NCBI GenBank assembly: GCA_026023565.1
Contig: JAPETS010000049.1
Span: 124,001-177,348, forward strand
Direction: 5' to 3'
DNA: 53,348 bases
Source: Cirrosporium novae-zelandiae
Taxonomy: Eukaryota
Shown here piece after piece: positions 12,301 through 26,106 of this stretch (positions are counted from its first letter, which is position 1; each line of letters starts with the position of its first letter). The position numbers and the translations under genes are program-made. The notes under the pieces were generated by a model. That model saw nothing but the letters and a program-made list of their open reading frames with translations, was not told the origin of the DNA and ran no database searches.

Positions 12301-13936
12301 AGATTGGGGGATTGGGGGAGGAGTGGTGGTGGTGAAGAGATAGGCGGTGGGCTGGCAACTCTGTTGGCTAGTGGGTGGATTGGCAGACAGGTTTGTTATA
12401 CTAATAGCACGTTTATCTGTTGGTTTGTTCATTAGTGGGCGGTTAGCTGGTAAATTGGAGGTTGCTGGCGAGCTGCCTTTGAGGTAGCACGGTGGACTTG
12501 GGAAGTATACCCTCTTTCCTTGGAGTGGACTCATGCTCACTAAGTCGCAGGCCCTTAACTCTACCTCAAAGGTCCCCGGTATGGTGCGCAAAATCATATT
12601 TACTCTTGCTACTTATTGATATTTATCTCCTGCACATTCATTGGCCTGATCTATATGCCTTGATCTAGCCTGGTATGATGAGCTTGCACCTCTACGTGGT
12701 ATGCCAGACTAGTAGCCCGGTTTTAGACTGGTGTGAAGCCAAGACAAGCTCTTTGTGTACATAGTTTTTTTTTTCTTTGTCTTTGTTTTTGAGGGGTTTT
12801 TTTTATTTGGGGGGGGGTGGTAGGGTGGGATTGAATGAGTGAAGAGGGAATGGCAAGTATCATAGGGGTGAGTATCGTAGGGATAAGGTAGCAGGAGGAT
12901 GAGAAGGGGATGAAATGAGATGATGGTGAAAAGAGTCGAGCCTGGGATTGATGGGATTATATTTACAAGATAGACAAGGAAGCATGCATGATAGAATTCG
13001 TGTTATATTAGGATAGCATGAGATAGATACCTAGGTAGCTAAGTTAGGAAATGAAATCCTTTTGACTTTCCCTTTTTATTCAATTTATCCCTTTGATAAT
13101 TAGCGATGCATTATTTTGACCGGATTATACAAATTCCCACGCCATTTATTATATCTATTAGCTTAAACCCTTTCTTTGAGTAAGTAATCAAGGATCTCTA
13201 ATTATCCCTTAGACTATTAGAGATCCTCTTCGGTATTACTTGGTATTAATTAATTAGCTACATTCTAGAATTTAAAAGGCAAAGTTCGATCAAAATGCTT
13301 TCAATTCATTTTTATGAATTCCATTCCTCTTCTTCAACGTAACGTAACATAAAGTGAACTTCATGGACTGACTGATTCTCCAGCGTATTTTTTTCTCTTT
13401 GTATTTGTATTTGTATTTGGTTGTGTAGGGGGCCCTATTGATGGTGATTATATGTGCATGCACTGTATTAAACTGCTGCTATTCTGTATTTGATATTATA
13501 GGTTGTAGGAATAAACCCGGAGGAAAATAGGAATGCAAGATCAAGTAATCGAATTAGCTTGGCATATCTACATCTACACTCAAGACCCAATAGTGTTCAA
13601 AGTTAGTGATATCATTTGTTTTTAAGGGCAAACAGTAAAGGTGATGATGTGAATTGTCGAGATTTCACGAGCTCTCCACAAAAGGCCTAGGTGAGTGGGT
13701 TTACAACTACATACGCCCAGCGCCCGTTGCACAGGGCAGGGAATAACTTCGGACTACTGGTACAGAAAAGGAGAACATTCCCATCAGTTATAACAATTCA
13801 ATGTGCGTCGCTGGTATAAAATCCAGAATTCGGTCTTCCGAGCCCTTTTCCTATTTCCCGGAAAACAGCACAATCCAACCAATAGTAATGGAAATCTATT
13901 TGCGAGTAGGGGGTTTATCGTCTTGGTTCTAGGAGC

Positions 13937-15273
13937 TTAGTGACCACCGGTGGTAGGGAAACCCATGAAGACCTAGAAGGGGTTGTTAATATTAGTCTTG
14001 ACGTACATAGGGAAGAGTAAATAAACTTACCTTGAATGAGTCGTAAATCATCCATTGTAGACCAGTAAGAGTACCAATCATAACAATACGCACGGGTAGG
14101 CCGTTCCAGAGACCAGTGAAACCAATCTCCTTGTAGATTCTGCTCATAGCACCACCGAAGGCCTCACCAGGTTGGCGGTTGGCATTGAGCTTACTGACCA
14201 TGACATCGGCAGGATGAGAAACAATTGCGCAAAGAATACCAGCCATGTAACCACCAGTGAAGGCAACACCAGTTTGAGCTCCCTTACTATAGTCGGCCTT
14301 CTTTCCAGGGAGATAGTTATAGATCATTTCGACAATGGTTTCGAAAGAGGCAAATTTCATCATGGTGTATGGAATTTGACGACCCCAGAGAGGGTAGAGA
14401 CCCTTGTACAACCTGGAGAGAGTTTAGTAGAAGCTAGTATAAGAAATAGAATCTGATTTACCCTGCAGTGCCTTCCTTGGCCGTGATGGTGGAGATACCA
14501 GAGAATGTTCCAGTTGCAAATGGAGGCATGGTAGTCTGCATCCTGACCTTGACGGCCTCAAATGGACACAAAGCAATATCGGCGAAGAATTCAGCAGATG
14601 CACTGGCCGTTAGATAGAGAGAGGTTTTGTATTTGCGGGCATTGTCTTCTCCAGCAAGATCGGAGTAGAATTTCTTGAAGAATTCATAACCTCCGTATTT
14701 AAAAGCTCCTTGGGCCTATATTCATCAGTGTTTTCACCGAGTGAGGTCCGAATCCAGAAACGTACGGAGTAGCCGAAGAAGGTTGGGCTCCAGCCGGTGA
14801 AGACACCTCGGACACCTTCAGCACGGCCAATCTTTCCCCAGGCCTCAAAATTGCCCTTATATAGCTTGGGATCAACTTGACGGCGGCATTTGACTAAATC
14901 TAGAGGGGTAACGGCTGTATGGGTAGTGCCCTTTATACCTATCAGTAGAATCCAGATATGCTCAGCCAGATATGCTCACACAAGCGAGAAGACCTCCAGT
15001 AATACAAGTGGCATAATATTGCCATGAATACATCTCCATCTGTCCGGTCTTTGCTTGAACTTTGTGGCTAGCCTTGTCGAGCTCGTTCAAAGCGCCCTTA
15101 CTCAAGGCATTGGCTTTGTTCTTAGCATCGTCGATGGCGCTCCAAGCAGTAAAGACCTCTGATCGAGATGGGACTCGATTTGATTTCGACATGTCCAATT
15201 GTGAGGTTTGATTGAAGGGCATGCAAGGGGCGAAGGCCTTCAAGGCTGCCTGTGATGGAAATAGGCCAGACAT
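13937..15273 (-). CDS. PIC2: Mitochondrial phosphate carrier (Pic2/Mir1 family)
   Basis: Multi-exon. Motifs [106 protein letters not shown]. Confidence 0.92.
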
Positions 15274-16250
15274 TGTAGATTGTAGATTCTGGAAAATATT
15301 AACAGAGAGATTCCGTTATCTCCGGAAAAATTGAGAGCTATACAGACCAAGTGACCGGTAGCCCGGAGATGGTGCAACAGGGGTATATCAACAGGTAATG
15401 GAGAGGTTAAGAGAGATAAAGGAAGAGTGGCGATTGTCGGTTGAACAAGAAACACAAAACAAATAGCAATAAAATAGTTGTGGGTAAGAAAGAGGAGGAG
15501 ATGGTAAGAGAGGAGGACATGGGATAGAATGTAGTAAAGCCGTGGAGGGACGGAATAACAAGGAAATAACAAGCTTCAAGGAGCTATCGGAAGTAATTAT
15601 TACCAAAGCTAAAGACGGAGATTATTATGCCAATACAAATACCTACACAAGTATCCTAGTGCCCTATGGATGCCCTATGGATGCCCTTGTGGATTTCATA
15701 GGTATCCTTCGGGTTACAAGAAACGACCGACCACTTGCGGGAATTGCGCCAATAGATAGATATGACGTATCGTCACCCCTCAACCTCGAAAAATCCATCT
15801 TTACGTACCAAGTATATACTATAATTATATATGTTAATCCTCTTCTTTTTATCATATCTTTTTTTTTTCAACAATTCATTAAATATATTAATATCAAAAC
15901 TTTTAAAGCTGAACACACCTCCACCCCAACTTGAAGACGTCATTGACTGACAGAGTTTATTTATCGTTGCGGGCGCCGTTGAAATTACTCCCCGAGAGAG
16001 ACAACTGATCAGATCATGCCCCATGCCTGCGGTGCACTGCCAAATGTCCTCCACAAGCATAACATGTCTACGGCTACCACCATCTACCATAAACGCAAAG
16101 ATCATATCCTGATAATTTTCTTCAGGAGATTGAAATAGCTTATTATAACTGTCATCTTGCCTGCTACTGCTACAAAATCACTTTTGCAGTTCTCCTTGAT
16201 ATATTGATACATTTCTCTGTTGCCCATTCATCCGTCACTTCGTCGCTAGC

Positions 16251-16830
16251 ATGGGAGACAAGTCACCTTTATCGGCCAAATACCGAGGTGTAAGTGCTCA
16301 TTGGTGGGCTGCAGATTTGGCATCAAATATCAATTGGCTATGCTTTATTCGGCGCCGACTTTCTAATATAGCTTGCTGGTGAAGACAAAGCTGATACTCT
16401 GTAGGCGACGGTAGAAGACCTTGACCCACCACCAGCCCTCTCTACAAACCCCTCAGATACCATTTCCCATGCTTTGATGACGGCATTTGAACGAGACTAT
16501 ACCCACCTAACCGTTGTATCCGAGGACACACGAGCTCTACTAGGCTACCTAAGCATTCCTCGATTGAAGCAATTACTCAAGGATGGGAAAGTCATGGAAC
16601 AGGATGCAGTGGAGAAGGCCATGTTGAAATTTAAACGGCGGAAAGGCAATCCTTATAAAGTCATAACCATGGAAACCCCACTAGAGGAGCTGGAGGTATT
16701 CTTTACTGGTGGACCTAACGGGAAGGAGCCTCAGGATTTTGCCATTGTCACCGATGTAACCAGACGATTCGTCCTTGGAGTTGTCACCAAATGGGACCTG
16801 GAAGAATTTGCCAGAAGACGACCTGCGTGA
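16251..16830 (+). CDS. Small conserved CBS-domain protein
   Basis: Exon 16251-16289 plus 16405-16830 gives MGDKSPLSAKYRGATVEDLDPPPALS...AFERDYTHLTVV...RFVLGVVTKWDLEEF. Confidence 0.8.
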
Positions 16831-17369
16831 ACAAGTGTTTCAGAAAAATCAGGCAGCATATGGTGTTTAGAATCCTGGCAAAAGAGAAATGCATGGAAAG
16901 GCGTTGGTTTCTTGTTGGTGCCGGTTTCAGATACCTTTTCAGATATTCACATCTATGGAGGATGAAAGGCAGCAAGGATATGCCGAGTAAAGCCTCATTA
17001 TAAATTTACTTTGTATCTGACAAACGATAGAGAAATAAAAAATATAAAAATTATCGAGAATACAAATGCTATCCCCCTTTCCGATGATAATGTAGCTACC
17101 TTATATGGTCAAAGCGTCTCACCCAATAAGCGGCCTCGACCTTCAACGCGTCAATTACAGAGAGTAGTTTAGCTGTATTTCCCTGTCACAACGACTTTTC
17201 AAGTCTTACACGACCACATCAATCTCTATGAAAGGTTGATGCCTTGGGCATTACCATATTCTTCTGCCCCGCCTCATCGTATCTTGCCTCCAAACCCGTC
17301 AAGCAAATCCGAGTCCACGAGCTCCTACTGAGTCTCATCCCTACCTTTTCCTATTTCCTACATTCAACC

Positions 17370-18614
17370 ATGAAGCGTGAATTAGAAGGCTCAGATGAAC
17401 CGGCAAGAAAAAAATCTCGAACGAGCAGCCCTGAATCAACTGCCGAGTTTGGATTTTCAATCAGATATGGCACACGAAAAGACCAAGGGAAGAAGCGTCA
17501 TGGTGAGACGACCGCACGACTGGAGGATAGTGATTTCCCAGAGAATACGCGAATGGTTTACTCCATAAGCCCAGGTGCGCGGTGGGACGAGATGACAAAA
17601 TATAACAACTTCATTGGTATGTGGTTTCCTAGATTGACGTTGGGATGAGCAAAACAACCGATCATTAATACCCCTCATTCGCAGTCGGCGAAGGGGAATA
17701 TAGTCAAAAAATTGGGTTCGGGGATTGGGTATATATCAACAAAGGCAATATTCCTCCCGGTGATATTTTTGATAACGCCCCTACTCAATCCGACGCTTGG
17801 GTTGCCCGTGTCCTTGAGGTGCGTGCGAGCGATCCAAAACATGTTTACATCCGAATATTCCAATCCTATTGGCCCGAAGAACTACCAGATGGCAAACGCT
17901 ACTATCAGGGAAAACATGAAATACTACCAAGCAATTACATGGAGATCATAGATGCAGCAACCATCATGGGGAAGGCAAATGTCATCCACTTCACTGAGAA
18001 GGATGACGACGAAATTGTCTTGGAGACCTTATACTGGAGGCAGACTTATGACTTTGTCAAGAAAACCTTTTCGGTACGTTTCCAGCTTTCGTTAACAAAA
18101 TTCTCTCGATTAAGATCTCATATTCTAGGATATTCGTACCCACTGTGTTTGCTCTCGGCATTACAACCCAGACAAGATATTAATCGGGTGTTCCAACCCA
18201 TCCTGTCGCATCTGGTTGCATGATGATTGTCTTGAACACTCTATTCTTTCCTCGGTATATAAACGACTCGTCCTTGACTCGGAATCTCCAAACAAAAACC
18301 CAGAAGGAGATTCTACGAACCCTGACGAGGGTAATAGCTCTTACGGGCAACTGTCTCCACCCATGTCCACTTCGCCTATTCCTACTGCTGCCAACAGGCC
18401 CAAAAAGCGTGGCCGAAAACCTAAAGCCATCATGAAAGGTAGAGAAAACACAACTTCCAATCCTAAATGGACAGGTTTATTCTCTGCTACTATTCATCTC
18501 AATCGTGGAAGCGATGAACCACCTACAGTGACTATCAACGATCTTCGCACCGAGAACGCGGTCAGCTGGGTCGAAGATTTAAGATGCTTGAAGTGCAACG
18601 AGATGATAGTGTGA
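17370..18614 (+). CDS. BAH + split PHD chromatin reader (EPR-1/BP1/EBS-like)
   Basis: BAH segment WVARVLEVRASDPKHVYIRIFQSYWPEELP...HEILPSNYMEII. PHD segment CVC..YNPDKILIGCSNPSCRIWLHDDCL, completed by a distant C-terminal CLKC after a long insertion. Confidence 0.82.
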
Positions 18615-20032
18615 TCCTATAAGTATTTATGTGTAGGGAAGACCGGTTCACATTCATACCTACACTGATGAAGGTGGCGCTCCACTGAGATGATGAGATA
18701 CATGATGCAGTACTTGTTCTCCAGGAGGATACCTGATACCGTGCCTTAGAAATGTCGAAATTGCTATATGGAATTTTCCAGCTGTGATTCTGACCGTGAA
18801 TCTCCGGTCTAAGATTGATGTGCTAATGGAAACCTTGGAAAAGGTTAACCAAAAAAATATGCGAAAGATTTCAGTTACAAGCAAGTTAGAAAATTCTCGA
18901 ACAACACAAATTTCCATACGATGGATGCAGCACCGTGCTTTCTAAATCTGCTCGAACATTACGATAGTAGTGTTCATCTCAACTTTAGTGTGTTTGCAGT
19001 CTCCTCGAGATTTATGTCGTGGTCTTAAGTACACATGGATGCAATTATTCGAAGTTTCAACTAGGAAAGAGTTATCAGCTTAATCTTTTGGATCTTGACG
19101 AGGCAGAGCATTTCCTTATCCGTAATTCGATGCTTTCAATTTGCAAAAATTTAACGAATCGGGGAGGAATGACATGACTTATACGCATGTTCAATACCAT
19201 GGTTTGCTCTAGGGGGCGTACTTTAACCATAGTACTTCGCGAGACCTTTCGAATCTAGGTACTTTCTATCAACGCATCTTATGATTTGGATCCTAAAGCA
19301 TACAACAAGCACCAAGACCATGCTCCTTTGGTTGTTTCAGTCTCCTCGCCAACCTTCCCACTGCAACACAATACATCTCCAACAAAGAATAGACAACAGA
19401 AATTGTCAAACACCGATCTGCATTTGATTAGGCTTTATGTCACCGAGTCTTAGCTATAATGTCCTTTGATGAAGATATTCAAGACTGTTTTTATTCATCA
19501 TTCTATTCTAGCTAGTACAATAAAAGTCATACATCTATTCATTCATTCATTCCATCCAGAAAAAGCTTGACGTCAAAAAATTAATATATCTATCTACTAA
19601 TATGATAATCAGGCTACTATTAATTCTAATATTATAAATCCTTATTCAATCTATATACAGTACGTACCCCAGTCCCAAGTCCAGCCCCAAGTCCAAAAAC
19701 AAAGCAAAACAAAACAAAACAATCCACTTTTTTTACTTTAAAGCACGCCTCAACTTTTTCAAGATCATAGTTATTCTATCCTATCCTACATATATATCAA
19801 ATCTACCCATTCATCAGCTTCCGGGACCCCTTTCCTATCTCGCCCTAGCCTATCCTAAGCCTTGCTTTCCTTGACCGCACCACCCTTCTTCTTCTTCGTA
19901 GCCCCTCTCTATCCACATACGATACTATCCATAAATAGCACAGCAGACCTTAGTAAATCAAATGTACTGTAACAATTCCTTAGAGCCCCTTTTTTTCCTC
20001 TCCTACATCTCCAAGCTAGTATCAGTATCACA

Positions 20033-20056
20033 ACTACTACTACTACTACTACTACT
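20033..20056. repeat. (ACT)8 microsatellite
   Basis: Read directly from the sequence. Confidence 0.95.
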
Positions 20057-20288
20057 CTTGTTCCATCCACCTCAGTACTGGTATTGATAATCAGCTTCTT
20101 GCTCGGCTGACAAAATTGCCTTTACTGATAGCTATTCTTAAATAGACGACTTAGAGTCATTTTTACTTCCGTTGGGTAGCCCATTCGTGCGGTGAGTGTA
20201 CATGTACCACCATGGTGATAACTTGAGATGGATAGATAATCTATTTAGTTTCGGTATGTGAAATATGCAAAACCTAGACTATATCTTG

Positions 20289-20310
20289 ATATATATATAT
20301 ATATATATAT
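20289..20310. repeat. (AT)11 microsatellite
   Basis: Read directly from the sequence. Confidence 0.95.
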
Positions 20311-20435
20311 ACGAGAAGAGGTCTGACTCAATGAATAGGAAAAACAGTTGGGAGTAGCATTGAATTCTTGTGGGATGGAAACTTATAACCTATAACAAAC
20401 TTTTATTTCTCATAAGGAGGGCATGCACTATCTGT

Positions 20436-23400
20436 CTACAGTTGCAGTCGGTAGGTAGCTACTTCAAATGGCCTTAGCTTTACCGCTATTTTCTTTTTCC
20501 CATCCGTACCATCAATGTCTAGCTCCTCAAGATCATCCTCCAACACATTCGTCTTGAATACCTTCTTAATCGACAAGCTCGTAACAATTGTGCCCCACTG
20601 CTGGCTTCCTAGACTGTCAAAGATGCGCACGATAACGCCACGGCCGCTGTCCTCTGCCAGCTTGATGGTGTCAAGGATGAGGTCTTTCTGGGAAGATTCC
20701 TGCTCGAGCTGGATAGCGTTGAGAACTTCCCTGGCATTACTGGTGGTCTTGACCATTCGGAGGGGATAATTGAATTCATATCCCTTGCGTACGGTTTCTT
20801 CACCCAACGGCCCAGCGTGAGGCAAAATAGCATAACGGATATGATGGCTACCCATATCGGCGTGGGCATCAGGGGCCTTTGGAGAACGCAGGAGAGAAAG
20901 CCGCATAAGCGAACCGCAGACCGCAAAGCCGTATTTCGAATCGTTGAGAATGGACACTCCGTAATCATGCTCTGAGAGATCGGCGAATTTATGGCAGCAT
21001 ACTTCAAACTTCGCCATATCCCAACTATACGAATATGTAAGGTTAGCATGCTTGGAAAAGGCCAGCGCTAAAAATATAACATATTACCTACCTAGTATTG
21101 TAATGAGTTGGCCGTTTGACGATTCCGTATTGAGTCTCGAATGAGGCTTCGGTATTAGCAACATCAACAGGGAACTCCACCTTCAAAAACTTCATAGTTT
21201 CGTGCCACTCAACCTCGCAATCTATGTCAACATACGAGTTCTGGGCATTTACACTGGCTGCGAGACTGATCGTCTGTTTTGCCCAGGACTTGTCGCTAAT
21301 CTTTGTCTTCGTCATGACACTCACCCGATAAGGTGTATCTTCAACAATCTCAGTCACTCCGCCCGGAAGCTCCTGTCGAGAATTGAGATGATATACTTCA
21401 ACATCCCAGGCTTGCCAATAAAGTGGCTTGTCGTCAAAGATAACTAGCTGAGCAGCCTTTTGTCCCTTCGGGATGACTTCGCGATCCGCATGAACATGAT
21501 AGAGGGATGTAATTGCACCGTGGTCGATGGTCAGCTTGAGCTTGCTATTTGATAATTGGAATACTCCCTCGCTTAGCTCTTTGACGGACGTAGTGCCTAT
21601 ATCCAGGTTCGCCACTGGCTTAACTTCACCTAGGCCCATGGAACCTTCCAAGAGAGAGTATTCGGAGTCAACTTTCTGGAGTTCTGCTCGAGGCCATGGA
21701 AGCGTGTTGAGTGCTGCTGGCTCAGTAGCAGTTTCAGTAAACCCTAATTCGGCAAACACATCTTGAAGGAGCCTTTTCCCAGTTTTGAAAACATGTGCGT
21801 AAAGTTCATCCGAGTCATCATAGCACATTTCGATGGAGCTTCCTGGCAAGCAATCGTGGAACTGGCATAGGAGTACGTTCTCCCACATTTCATCCAGTTC
21901 CTTTTTCGGATATTTATATGTGCTGGAAGAGCCCTTAGTTGAAGCCTTGAGCGATGCCATGGCGGCCAGATATTCTATGTCATGTAGCATAATCTCCGCT
22001 TTTCTATTATTCCATTTGTTGTTTGCCTGGGTAGTATAGGTTCCTCGATGAAGCTCAAAATATAGTTCGCCGTACCATGTAACAAACTCGGTGCCTTTAT
22101 CTGCCTTCTTCTCTAGTCGTCCAAAGAAGTCATCGACGGAATCTCCCATTTTTACTCGAGGTAGTAGGCCAGTCTTATCACTTACTCCTCGGCATCGACG
22201 AAGCTTCTCAATATGTTCGAATGTTGGCCCACCTCCACCATCACCTTTACCAAAAACCAAAAGTGACGTGGAATCTTGATCCATAGATTTATGCTGTGAC
22301 TCACTTCGTTTCACATCTCCAAAATGTGCCTCTGCGGTATATGTCTCCGCAGGAGCCATATGACAGATGACCTGGCTTCTGTCGAGCCCTACCCAATTAA
22401 AGGTTGTATGAGGGAAGTTGTTGATGTTGTTCCAACTTAGCTTTTGGGTAAAAAAGCGCGTCATTCCTGCTAGACGGCAGAGTTGTGGCAGTTGACTTGA
22501 ATATCCAAAAGTATCTGGCAACCAAAATGTTTGGCAACGCTCACCAAAATGACTCTCGAAGAACCGTTGCCCATAAAGGAATTGACGGACAAGAGACTCC
22601 CCACTAGGCATATTTGTGTCATGTTCAACCCAGCTACCACCAATAGGCTGGAAGGTCCCTTGTTTTACCTTTTCCTTTACTCGATCGTAGAGAGCAGGAT
22701 AGTACTGCTCAAGCCATTTGTACTGTTGGGCTTGGGAACAAGTAAAACGGTGTTCGGGATAACGATCCATTAGATCGCATTGGTTTGCCCATGACCGAGC
22801 TACCTTACGTTTTGTCTCTGCCCAAGGCCACAGCCAGCATGTATCAATATGGCAGTGCCCTATGGCAAAGATGGTGGGATCCTTGTCACTTTCGTATACT
22901 TTGGCAGGGTCCACATCGCCAATGTATTCCTTGGCAATCTCACGACATTTGATAATTGAGTCTTGGCTGCCATGACCAGCAATAAATGTATCCATAATTC
23001 GGTTGCATATCTGTAGTGCATGGTGCCTTTCCTTAGAATCATTAGGAAATTCCCGGGCAGCATCACCGATGATCCAGAAATCAATGGAAAGTTGCCTTGC
23101 TTCCAGATTTACTGCAACAATATCCGCCTTGGCCAACTTGAAGTACTTGTTTGGATTCGGTGGCTGAATACTATCACCTCCAGGGGCATTGCCAAACATG
23201 CCATTGCATGCCATTTCAATATAGAATGTATGCTCTTTGCCATCTCTGAAGTTTTTAGGGAGAACCCATTCGACTCTTTCACCGCCCCCTGTAAGACCCT
23301 GCAATGGGACACCATCCTCCGTCCACACCATCCCTTCATTGTTTGCATCCCAATGAAGTTCAAGCTGTTTCTTCTTGAGGAGATCCTGAGGCACCTTTAA

Positions 23401-23757
23401 TTGAACTTTGAACCAATGGGTTGACCAGCTCGGTCCAAACGATTCCCCAACTTTGGTAGCCTTGAAGGAATGTGAAGTAGCGTCTTTGAAGGTAGGTCTG
23501 GTCAGATCTGGAGGTGAATAAACAGATAACTTCACAGAGTCTCCTCCAGAAGCTCGACCTTCGTACATCTTCCTGCAATAATTAGCATCAACAATGACGA
23601 GTCTCCAAAGTCCTTACGAAAGCAAGTTCTGGCCAGCATATTGTCCGCCACCAGTGAACTGCCGTAAGCGGTCTTCATAGATGCGCTGTATGGGCTTCCC
23701 AACGGGGTGAGAAGCTAGCTTGGGATATAAGCTTGGAGCTTCGTAGCCTCCACCCAT
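20436..23757 (-). CDS. AMS1: Alpha-mannosidase, GH38 (Ams1)
   Basis: Motifs GHCHIDTCWLWPW, FWLPDTFGYSSQLPQ, GKGDGGGGP, ELYFELHRGTYT, LLCQFHDCLPG, RPTHYNT-SWDMAKFEVC. Three exons, ATG at 23757. Confidence 0.96.
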
Positions 23758-24453
23758 TGTGTCGAGAAATGACTGTTAAAGATCTCCTAAAGAATAGAGT
23801 TATTAATTGAGGGTAATGGAAAGAGTGTGCAATTCTGTGTTGCCGGTTTGTCGATTGGTGATATTGGTTTGTTGTGTACTGTTCAAGCCACGAGTAAGGT
23901 GGGATGTGTACCTTGCTCACAGGTTGGGGAAGGTTGGGTCTAACTACATTAATAAGATATTCCACATTCCGGTTGATCATAATGACGATGCCATGTCGGT
24001 GGGGTTACTCGAGTACGAAACTACTCCACCATATTTAGTATAGCCGGGTGGGGTAAATTATCCGAACTCAGACAACACACTCCAACCAGGTCCAGGTGTG
24101 TTGAAACGTGTACAGAATGATGATAAAAAAACAATGAATTAATCCATCTCCTCATAAGGCCTTTGTCCTAAAGGAACAACTGATTCTTTATCTCCATTGG
24201 CAAAAATGGACAAAGAAAGGTCCTTAAAACAATGAGCCTTTTTTTGGCTCTTGGTTCCTTTATCACAAGTCTTATCTAAACCCTAACCCATCTATATAAA
24301 ACCTCAATTTCCAGATCACAGCTTACAATCCTGCTTACATTAAATACCCTATACTCTTCATTCACTAACCAAAGATTTGATATCTGTCTAGTGTACTTTC
24401 TATATCCTTTTTATCTATTATCTCTTTACAGTCATTTTTCTCGAGTTAGCATC

Positions 24454-24936
24454 ATGCCTGTCCATCCATCCTTTCCTCTTTATATTTCTCGTCTTGCTTC
24501 TCGTCTCTCTCCCATATACTCTCTTGCCACGTCTCTTCCGCACCCAGAATTTCCTCAACGAGTGTTAAACTATTACCTACTCACCTCAGATCAGCTTGAC
24601 TCACTCGTAATATATTATCATCAGGCCCCACCGAAGATCTCAGGTCCCAATGGGACTGTGAATGAAACTGTTTCAGGCTGGTCCTGGCAGCAACTCAAGG
24701 AAATGTATCCTAAGCCTATTCCTTGGGACTTTGATGCAACAGTGGAGGAAAAGCGCGTAAGGTTTGGGATGTTTATAGGTTTGTGGGGATATAAATGTCC
24801 TACTGATTCATTTCCTCCAGGTACCCAACCGGAACAAAGTGAGGATAACTATGAATGGATAGCCGAATTGATGGAAAGAGAGATGAACCAAAGACTTGAA
24901 AACGGAGATAATTTCAAGTCAGCCTTTTATAAATAG
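24454..24936 (+). CDS. Conserved fungal hypothetical protein
   Basis: Open frame from ATG 24454 with HPEFPQRVLNYYLLTSDQLDSL..YYHQ and KRVRFGMFIGLWG, a pattern recalled from small Pezizomycotina proteins of unknown function. Confidence 0.65.
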   Translation: MPVHPSFPLYISRLASRLSPIYSLATSLPHPEFPQRVLNYYLLTSDQLDSLVIYYHQAPPKISGPNGTVNETVSGWSWQQLKEMYPKPIPWDFDATVEEKRVRFGMFIGLWGYKCPTDSFPPGTQPEQSEDNYEWIAELMEREMNQRLENGDNFKSAFYK

Positions 24937-25487
24937 GAACATATTGCATTCATTAAATTGGTTTAGTATAAAGGAAAACATATAATCCATTTTTATGATA
25001 GCGTCAATGCATTTCAATAGGAGAACATTTGTTTCCTCTCATAACTTTTCATATATCTATTCACCCTACGTAATATTCCATGAACCCACCCCATAGGAAT
25101 TTTATTAACAACATGATTCGCTAAGGTAAAGGATTCACAGTAAACGAAACTTCGGGGTCGAGACCTCCTGATGCTGGTTATGAGTTGGGGCTTCTAGCCA
25201 CTTTGTGAAAGTGATAATTGATAAAAATTTAGATAGTAAAACAAAAAACCGTCGCGTATTGAGCTAGGTCTACTCTAGCCATTTAAAATCTCTCTGCCAG
25301 TATAGAAAGGTTAATAGAGAAGAAAAATAGCATTAATCTATTCTTGGTAAAAGCTGCTTGAGTATTCCCAGACGTGACTAAGCAAGACTGTAGCCTCAGG
25401 CATACAGGTCAACCTTGCCTTGACGTGCTTGTCATAATCGTTACGCTGACTTTCGGATACTGCTTTGATAGCGATAAATAATACACG

Positions 25488-25890
25488 ATGCAACTTGCAC
25501 TTCTTCTTTCTGATCTCACAACTCTCCTTATATGTGTATTAATTCCCAATCTTCATTGAAATGCTGCACCATACTGATATACATTCATAGGAACACACCT
25601 CTGCCCTTTCACTCTTACACGCGCCCTCAAATTCACCCGAGTCTCAAAATCCCTCTCAAGCTTCCTCCAAACGACCACCAATTACCCCGTCCCCATCAAC
25701 CCCTTCTTTACTTTCAGGAGTTCGGGGTACAGAAGATAAAGACCTTAGGAGAGCCAGTGACCTGGTAACTCTGCACTACTCCGTGAAAGTGAAGCAGGCG
25801 CAAAGCATAGCAGAGGGGGGGCTTGACGAAGGATTGCTGAAAGCGAGGAAAGATGTTGACACCGTGATGAGGAAATTGGGTATACAATGA
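25488..25890 (+). CDS. Small conserved hypothetical protein (115 aa), absent from the ORF track
   Basis: Exon 25488-25535 (MQLALLLSDLTTLLIC), GT..AG intron 25536-25590, then a 100-codon exon EHTSALSLL...EDKDLRRASDLVTLHYSVK...GLDEGLLKARKDVD...IQ*. Confidence 0.7.
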
Positions 25891-26106
25891 CTCAAAACTA
25901 TGATGGATAATGAAGTTTAGGAAGCGCGGAGTTTAGGTATAAAAAGAATGATACCCCCTATAACTATTAAGGCTGAGCTTTCCCATTCTTTGAATAAATC
26001 TCCCAAGTCCTGGGTACAAGCCTATTCCATTGGCAGCAGAAAGTCCCCCAAAATAATCAAATACTGACATAGCTGTGTATATTGCTACTGGCCCATATCT
26101 TTCTCC

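Noticed and set aside
15661..15687. Short tandem duplication (GCCCTATGGAT) x2.5
   Set aside because: Trivial local slippage with no array or spacer structure, so not CRISPR-like.
20110..20135. TTGCCTTTAC resembling U5 snRNA loop 1
   Set aside because: Lacks one U of the invariant GCCUUUUAC loop and has no flanking stem.
20515..23400. Many antisense/alternate-frame ORFs overlapping AMS1 (and similarly COQ6, eIF4A, MFS and the TF)
   Set aside because: Shadow ORFs of real coding sequence.
24278..24291. AACCCTAACCC as an interstitial telomere or telomerase RNA template
   Set aside because: Fewer than two repeat units and no supporting structure; expected by chance.
25110..25175. Possible C/D box snoRNA (ATGATT...CTGA)
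   Set aside because: Imperfect C box, weak terminal stem and no recognisable rRNA/snRNA complementarity.
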